Shown: positions 37,970 through 43,006 of the stretch, one piece after another
Layout: every line of letters begins with the position of its first letter
How positions within the stretch are numbered: the first letter of the stretch is position 1
DNA from: a virus
Lineage: Duplodnaviria; Heunggongvirae; Uroviricota; Caudoviricetes
Direction: 5' to 3' (one strand)
Virus record (IMG/VR): IMGVR_UViG_3300031555_002904
DNA: 43,006 nt
Position numbers and translations under genes: made by a program
The notes under the pieces: model-generated
Told to the model about the DNA's origin: nothing
Seen by the model: the letters and a program-made list of their open reading frames with translations, nothing else
The model's database searches: none

Positions 37970-38239
37970 ATGTGTAAGAATGTAGATTTCATTGATATGT
38001 CTTGGGACGAGCTGGAGGCTCTGGAAAAGGCTATCCACTTTGAAAAGATGCATCGTAAGGAAAAGCGTTTCAATGAGCTGGCGAAGGCTGCGGCCGAGGC
38101 TCTGACTGCTCTGAAAGATGAGTATCCTTATGTGGAGCTGACTTTCGAAGCTCATTGCGAAGACTGCGGCGAAAGCACCGAAGTAAACCTGTTTGATTAC
38201 TTCAAACACTTCGGAGCGGGTCATTTCTCTATGGGGTAA
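37970..38239 (+). CDS. Hypothetical protein, 89 aa
   Basis: GAAAGG RBS; HCEDC. Confidence 0.7.
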   Translation: MCKNVDFIDMSWDELEALEKAIHFEKMHRKEKRFNELAKAAAEALTALKDEYPYVELTFEAHCEDCGESTEVNLFDYFKHFGAGHFSMG

Positions 38240-38568
38240 TGCGTATGAGTTGGTTTTGTGATGCTCATCGCGCTGAGCATAATGAGTGCGACCACAATAA
38301 TCACGGCGTTCACAGCCATTGTGAATTTGGTCTGTTTGCACCGGACAGACATACTTCAATAAACAATCTGGCATTTTCTGCCTACGCATATCATCAGACT
38401 TGCATTGATGATTATGTTGAAAGGCTTGCGGCAGCTGATGACCCGAATGACAGTGCAACGCAGGCAAATCTGCTATATGCGGTAGGTCTAAGTCCAGATG
38501 CTTTGACCTCCGATGATATAGAATATATCGAGAGAGAGGTAAGTAAAAGATATGCCGACAGGTTCTAA
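38239..38568 (+). CDS. Hypothetical His/Cys-rich protein, 109 aa
   Basis: TAATG coupling. Confidence 0.65.
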   Translation: MRMSWFCDAHRAEHNECDHNNHGVHSHCEFGLFAPDRHTSINNLAFSAYAYHQTCIDDYVERLAAADDPNDSATQANLLYAVGLSPDALTSDDIEYIEREVSKRYADRF

Positions 38569-39841
38569 ACTCTATATGAGTTGGTGGGATTTTTGTGGCT
38601 ATCTATCAGATTTTGAAGATTTCGTCTATGATGGTGTGTTTCATAAGATGGATTACCATATGTGGCGAAAGCTGAAATACAGCAGAGATAATGAAACTCA
38701 AGTTATCATTGAAAAGTGCGGCGATTCCTTTGTCGTGATTATTGGTCACGAAGATGAATATCATCGCTTTTGTCGTGGTGATGAAAGTTTTGGCGACTTT
38801 CTGTTTGAAAATCTGATTGATGTCAAGGAATATGACCACGACTGGAATTATTATAATATGCCTTTGAGTAATGAACTCGAGGTGCCTATTGATGCAACGG
38901 TACAATGCACCTCCAGTAGTGTATATCCTGTTAAGAATTATAAACTGGATATTGCAGCCATTGAGTCTGCAAAAAATATCGCTATTGATTGCGGCGAGGC
39001 TCTAAAGCATTCTTTGGCAATCACAAAAGATAAGCTGGCAGACATTGGTATTTCTGCTATTGCGGCAGATACCGGTCCCACACTTTCTTGCGTAATCGAC
39101 ACCAAGGTCGATAAAGCAGAGTTTGATAAAAGACTGGACGACTTGACCTCCAAGGTTGAGAATGTCTTGAATAAATATGAAAATAAAAAGGAGAATTCTA
39201 CTATGAAGGGTTTCAATTTTGACTTCGGTCCTATGAATAACAATGTCGTCCGTATGTCTGTTTACGGTATGGCTGTGAAAAATAAGGTCGGTACTTGGGT
39301 GTCTTATGATGCCAAGGCTGGCGAGATTATGGACGTCGATGTGTTCAACTTCGAGGGTTCCAAGTTCATGTATAAGATGCCTGTGGCTATCAATGATGTT
39401 GCTGTTGGCGATATCATCGTTCATATGAGCGTTCCTATGTTCGTTGTTGGCAAGGCTGAGGACGGTAAGGCTGTCGTTGCAGTCGACCCTGTTTCTGGCG
39501 AGCGTAAGGAGATTATGCTGACTAAGAGCCCCTTCGGCTTCAATTTCGTTACCAAGGTTGTCAACTTCCTGGGCAATGCTTTCAATGCAGATGCCAATAA
39601 TCCCTTTGGTAATCTGGGTCTGATGATGATGCTGTCTGAGGATGGCAATGGTGTGAAGGATATGCTGCCTCTGATGCTGATGGCTAATGGTGGCAACATC
39701 GATATGTCCAACCCTCTGATGATGTATGCTCTGATGAGCGGTGACAGTAAGATGGGTGATATGCTTCCCTTTATGCTGATGATGAACGCTAATAAGCCCG
39801 CTGGTGCTCATGAGTGCCACTGCGGTGAGCATCACGAGTAA
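38552..39841 (+). CDS. Hypothetical protein, 429 aa, Met-rich C-terminus; likely internal start at 39203
   Basis: Open frame; internal AAGGAG then ATG; repeats of (D/N)(M/P)L(P/M).M.M. Confidence 0.7.
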   Translation: MPTGSKLYMSWWDFCGYLSDFEDFVYDGVFHKMDYHMWRKLKYSRDNETQVIIEKCGDSFVVIIGHEDEYHRFCRGDESFGDFLFENLIDVKEYDHDWNYYNMPLSNELEVPIDATVQCTSSSVYPVKNYKLDIAAIESAKNIAIDCGEALKHSLAITKDKLADIGISAIAADTGPTLSCVIDTKVDKAEFDKRLDDLTSKVENVLNKYENKKENSTMKGFNFDFGPMNNNVVRMSVYGMAVKNKVGTWVSYDAKAGEIMDVDVFNFEGSKFMYKMPVAINDVAVGDIIVHMSVPMFVVGKAEDGKAVVAVDPVSGERKEIMLTKSPFGFNFVTKVVNFLGNAFNADANNPFGNLGLMMMLSEDGNGVKDMLPLMLMANGGNIDMSNPLMMYALMSGDSKMGDMLPFMLMMNANKPAGAHECHCGEHHE

Positions 39842-39949
39842 GGAGCCTTAGGGCTCCCCTCGTGGGAGATAAAAATCTTTCTTGATTTTTTATAAAAAAT
39901 ATGTTATAATATATATGTAAGATAAAGAAAGAGATGAGAGGTAGCCGAT

Positions 39950-41665
39950 ATGAGTATATTTGAAAGGCTCCCGGACGAAGATAAGTCACAATTTAAGTCT
40001 TATATTTCTCACTACGGTGATGAAGGTAACGGAACTCTTCCGTTAGACAAAATGGGATATTTCCTTCGTTTTTGGGACGAAAATAAAGAACCGTTCTTCC
40101 GGGCGTTCGGAGAGCAGTTTATCGTAAAAAAGGAAGTTCGTTTAGTTAAGCCAAAAGATGAACTGTCCAATGATATGTATTCCGCTTTAAACAACGGACA
40201 CCAGATGATTCGTAACTTTATTTCTGCCTATAAGGATGCTGCTCGACATATCGGCAACGAGATGGGCGATATTGATATGACTTATCGCCTCAAGTCCTTT
40301 GTTGAAGATTGGGATATGTTGGTTGACAATATTTATCCCGGTCCTGGTTTCACAATCCCTGGCAAGTTTACTAAGGATGGACGACCTCTTGTGGTTAATG
40401 CTAACTGCAAAGCTGTTAAAATGCTTGGTAAGATTGCGGCGGCTCTTAATGTAGAACTCCCCATCATGTACTGCAGCGGTTGTGGCTGCTACTACACTGA
40501 TGGCGAAACAGAGTGCTGCGGGCCGTTAGAAAAGTCTTCTGGATATGAGCTGTTCCGACAGGCACATTCTCAAGTTCTAAACCAGAAGCAGATTAAAGGT
40601 AATCTTTGCCTGTCTATTCACCCGCTTGATTTTATCACTATGAGTGATAACAACTGCGGCTGGACCTCTTGTATGAGCTGGATGGACGAACCTGGCGATT
40701 ACAGACTGGGAACCATCGAAATGATGAACTCTCCTTGTGTCATCGTGGCATATGTTGAGTCCAAGGAGCCTATGTGGACTCCCGGCGGTAACTGGAATAG
40801 TAAGCGTTGGCGTCAGCTTTACATCGTAACAAGAGAAGTCATTCTTGGAAATCGTCAGTATCCTTACATCAGCGATGATTTGCAGGGTGTAGCGATTAGA
40901 TGGATTCGAGATTTGATGACTCAGATTCCGGGATATGGACCTTATCCCGAAGAAACTATTCAGCTGAAAAATGACAGCTGGAACACTGTCAAGGATAAAC
41001 ACATTCGTTTCAACTTCTACTGTAATTATATGTACAATGATGTCTATGATTATCGTTTAGCATATGTGGCAGACCAGAAGATTGAAGATGATGACCATTA
41101 TTCTTGCAACTTCTCTGGACCTGCAGTTTGCACTGGCTGCGGCGATATTATTGAGCTTGACGAGGTCGATGCTCATGTTGTACAGTGCAGAGCGTGTGAC
41201 GGACACTGGCGTTGCGATTTCTGCGGCGACTGGCACAGCTCATATGATGAGTCCTATACAGTTGACGACGATTATATCGCCTGCGACTGGTGTTACCACA
41301 ATGAACTGAGTGAATGTGAGGTTTGCGGCGACCATCATAGAAATGATTGCGTTGCACACATTTATCTTCAGTTTGCAGATACTGAAAACGAAGAAATTCG
41401 TGATGGATTTAATTACAACTTCTATGTATCTATCTGTGAAGATTGTTTGAACCATCCGGAAGAGTATGAACCTCTATTCGGTCAGTTGTATGATGTTAGA
41501 GATAGCTGGGGTAATAGACGCCAAGCATTTGACATCCGCAATGTTACTGAGGACGGCTTCAATGCCGGCAATTTGAGTCGACGCACCATCGAGTGGCTAA
41601 AGCAAATGCAAGCCACAAAGAGCGATGAAGAGCGTATTGACCTACTCGGGAAAATCGTCTATTGA
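39950..41665 (+). CDS. Large hypothetical protein, 571 aa, with C-terminal CxxC repeats
   Basis: Promoter 39882, GAGG RBS; core motif LSIHPLDFITMS..WTSC; about six CxxC pairs. Confidence 0.75.
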   Translation: MSIFERLPDEDKSQFKSYISHYGDEGNGTLPLDKMGYFLRFWDENKEPFFRAFGEQFIVKKEVRLVKPKDELSNDMYSALNNGHQMIRNFISAYKDAARHIGNEMGDIDMTYRLKSFVEDWDMLVDNIYPGPGFTIPGKFTKDGRPLVVNANCKAVKMLGKIAAALNVELPIMYCSGCGCYYTDGETECCGPLEKSSGYELFRQAHSQVLNQKQIKGNLCLSIHPLDFITMSDNNCGWTSCMSWMDEPGDYRLGTIEMMNSPCVIVAYVESKEPMWTPGGNWNSKRWRQLYIVTREVILGNRQYPYISDDLQGVAIRWIRDLMTQIPGYGPYPEETIQLKNDSWNTVKDKHIRFNFYCNYMYNDVYDYRLAYVADQKIEDDDHYSCNFSGPAVCTGCGDIIELDEVDAHVVQCRACDGHWRCDFCGDWHSSYDESYTVDDDYIACDWCYHNELSECEVCGDHHRNDCVAHIYLQFADTENEEIRDGFNYNFYVSICEDCLNHPEEYEPLFGQLYDVRDSWGNRRQAFDIRNVTEDGFNAGNLSRRTIEWLKQMQATKSDEERIDLLGKIVY

Positions 41666-41758
41666 TTTTTTCAAAAAAATATGATATAATATATATGTAA
41701 GGTAAAGAAAGAAAGCCTTACGAAATAAATAAATTTTTGAAAGGTATAGGTGCAAATT

Positions 41759-42163
41759 ATGGAAAAGATTACTAAGAGAGAGATGTTCGAGGCTATCAAG
41801 GAGACTTTCGAGACTGGTTCTTGCAAGTTCGATGCTGCCACTGTGATGGCATTCTGCGACAAGGAGATTGCTTCCTTGGATTCCAAGGCTGCTAAGGCTA
41901 AGGAGCGTGCCGCTGCTAAGAAGGCTGAGGCCGATGTTCTCATGGACCAGGTCCGTGACGCTTTGACTGGCGAGTTCCAGACTATCGCTGACATCGCCGC
42001 TGCTGTTGCTGAGGTCAACGCAGACGCTACTGTGTCTAAGGTTACTTACCGCTTGACTAAGCTGGTTGAGGCTGGTGACGCAGAGAAGACTGATGTCACT
42101 GTTCCTGGCGTTGATGGCGCCAAGGCTCGTAAGGTAAAGGCTTTCCGCGCAGTGGAAGCCTGA
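41759..42163 (+). CDS. Distant family A member (winged-helix-like), 134 aa
   Basis: N-terminal KITKREMF..F..KEI.LL..K pattern and C-terminal TI.DI...SKV...L.KLV..G...KAFR echo family A. Confidence 0.6.
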   Translation: MEKITKREMFEAIKETFETGSCKFDAATVMAFCDKEIASLDSKAAKAKERAAAKKAEADVLMDQVRDALTGEFQTIADIAAAVAEVNADATVSKVTYRLTKLVEAGDAEKTDVTVPGVDGAKARKVKAFRAVEA

Positions 42164-42188
42164 GCCTAACTCAGATAGCTTAATTCAC

Positions 42189-42218
42189 GGGGGCGGGACT
42201 TCCGCCCCCATTCTTTTT
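42189..42218 (+). terminator. Intrinsic terminator-like hairpin
   Basis: GGGGGCGG-GACTT-CCGCCCCC plus T run. Confidence 0.7.
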
Positions 42219-42235
42219 GAGAGAGGAGGAGTATT

Positions 42236-43006
42236 ATGTTAAGCGAATTTATGTTAAAAGTGAGAGACTTGCACGAGGAAATCAGACAGGTAGCTGAACT
42301 TCTGAAACCTCAAGAGATGAAAGACCGTATGGCTTATCTCGAAGCTAAGTTCAACCACTCAACCTGGAATGAAATTCCAGAAGAGGAGCTGAAGGAATAC
42401 TCTCGCCTCAAAAAGAAATATGATTTATATTTCGGTATCTGGAATATGTATGATGACCTTAAAACTTTAACTGAGTATGCAATAGAGGAAGGCGAAGTCA
42501 ACTATTTGCATGAATTTGAGATGGATTATAATTACCTCGTCGAGGAAATCCAAAAGCTCAAGTTAGAGTTAATGTTCACAGGTAAGTACGATTCCTGCAA
42601 CGCCATTTTAAATATTCATTCTGGTGCCGGTGGTAAAGAAGCACAAGACTGGACCAGAATGTTACTTCAGATGTATGCGGCCTGGGCTAGTAATCATGAT
42701 TTTCAATTCAATATTTTGGATTGGCAAGATGGTGAAGATAGCTCAGTCGTGAAAAGTGTTTCGGTAGAAATCAGAGGAGAGAATGTATACGGCTTGCTGA
42801 ACGCTGAGAATGGCGTCCATCGTTTGGTTCGCGTTTCTCCCTTTGATTCTCAAAATAGACGCCATACTTCATTCGCAGCAGTCGAAGTAATGCCTGAAAT
42901 CGAGGCAGATAACTCTGTGGAACTCGATATGAAAGATGTTAGAGTTGATACTTTCCGTTCAAGCGGAAAAGGCGGTCAGCACGTCAATAAGACTGAATCT
43001 GCGATT
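42236..43006 (+). CDS. prfB: Peptide chain release factor 2 (runs off window end; not in ORF track)
   Basis: AGGAGG RBS; 257 open codons with IHSGAGGKEAQDW, ENGVHRLVRVSPFD (SPF recognition motif) and RVDTFRSSGKGGQHVNKTESAI (GGQ). Confidence 0.95.
   Translation, partial: MLSEFMLKVRDLHEEIRQVAELLKPQEMKDRMAYLEAKFNHSTWNEIPEEELKEYSRLKKKYDLYFGIWNMYDDLKTLTEYAIEEGEVNYLHEFEMDYNYLVEEIQKLKLELMFTGKYDSCNAILNIHSGAGGKEAQDWTRMLLQMYAAWASNHDFQFNILDWQDGEDSSVVKSVSVEIRGENVYGLLNAENGVHRLVRVSPFDSQNRRHTSFAAVEVMPEIEADNSVELDMKDVRVDTFRSSGKGGQHVNKTESAI

Larger units (their letters stand above)
27215..41690. promoter_or_regulatory. Class II promoters TTGATT-(AT-rich 17 bp)-TATAAT, 11 copies
   Basis: Plus strand -35 at 27258, 30248, 34347, 34691, 36654, 37653, 39882, 41662; minus strand 27243, 28728 (TTGAAA), 34217; spacer often TTTATAAAAAAATATGA. 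Confidence 0.85.

Noticed and set aside
1-43006. Suppressor tRNA-Gln(CUA) or theta/HDV-like ribozyme expected in recoded phages
   Set aside because: No tRNA with a CTA anticodon and no convincing HDV-like fold was found by eye; they may lie outside the window.
42236-43006. RF1 or host-chromosome contamination
   Set aside because: The recognition motif is SPF, not PxT; the gene follows phage-style genes, RBS and promoters.

Overview
A 43 kb piece of a large tailed-phage genome, probably infecting a Bacillota/Clostridia host (inferred from sigmaA-type promoters, AbrB/SpoVT-like genes and an SPbeta-like head gene order). It has four zones. (1) 1-8.8 kb, minus strand: head and packaging module (capsid, scaffold/protease, portal, terminase). 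Several of these genes are only intact if TAG is read as Gln, so the supplied ORF track splits them. (2) 9-12.4 kb: small operon with folD, an AbrB-like gene and a homing-endonuclease-like gene. (3) 12.5-27.2 kb: a dense array of about 34 near-consensus TTGACA-17-TATAAT promoter cassettes carrying small genes, gene-less small-RNA units and three copies of one protein family. The array is punctuated by a recurring GC-hairpin/divergent-promoter element. (4) 27.2-43 kb: genes under a second promoter class (TTGATT-17-TATAAT), including an iteron-flanked Rep-like gene, an FNT channel and a release factor 2 gene that runs off the window end and is absent from the ORF track. The most unusual object is at 37700-37820: a complete tRNA-Asp(GUC) written in circularly permuted order (3' half, CAT linker, 5' half) inside a closing stem, directly behind its own promoter. 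No database searches or folding programs were run. Protein names rest on recognised motifs and gene context.
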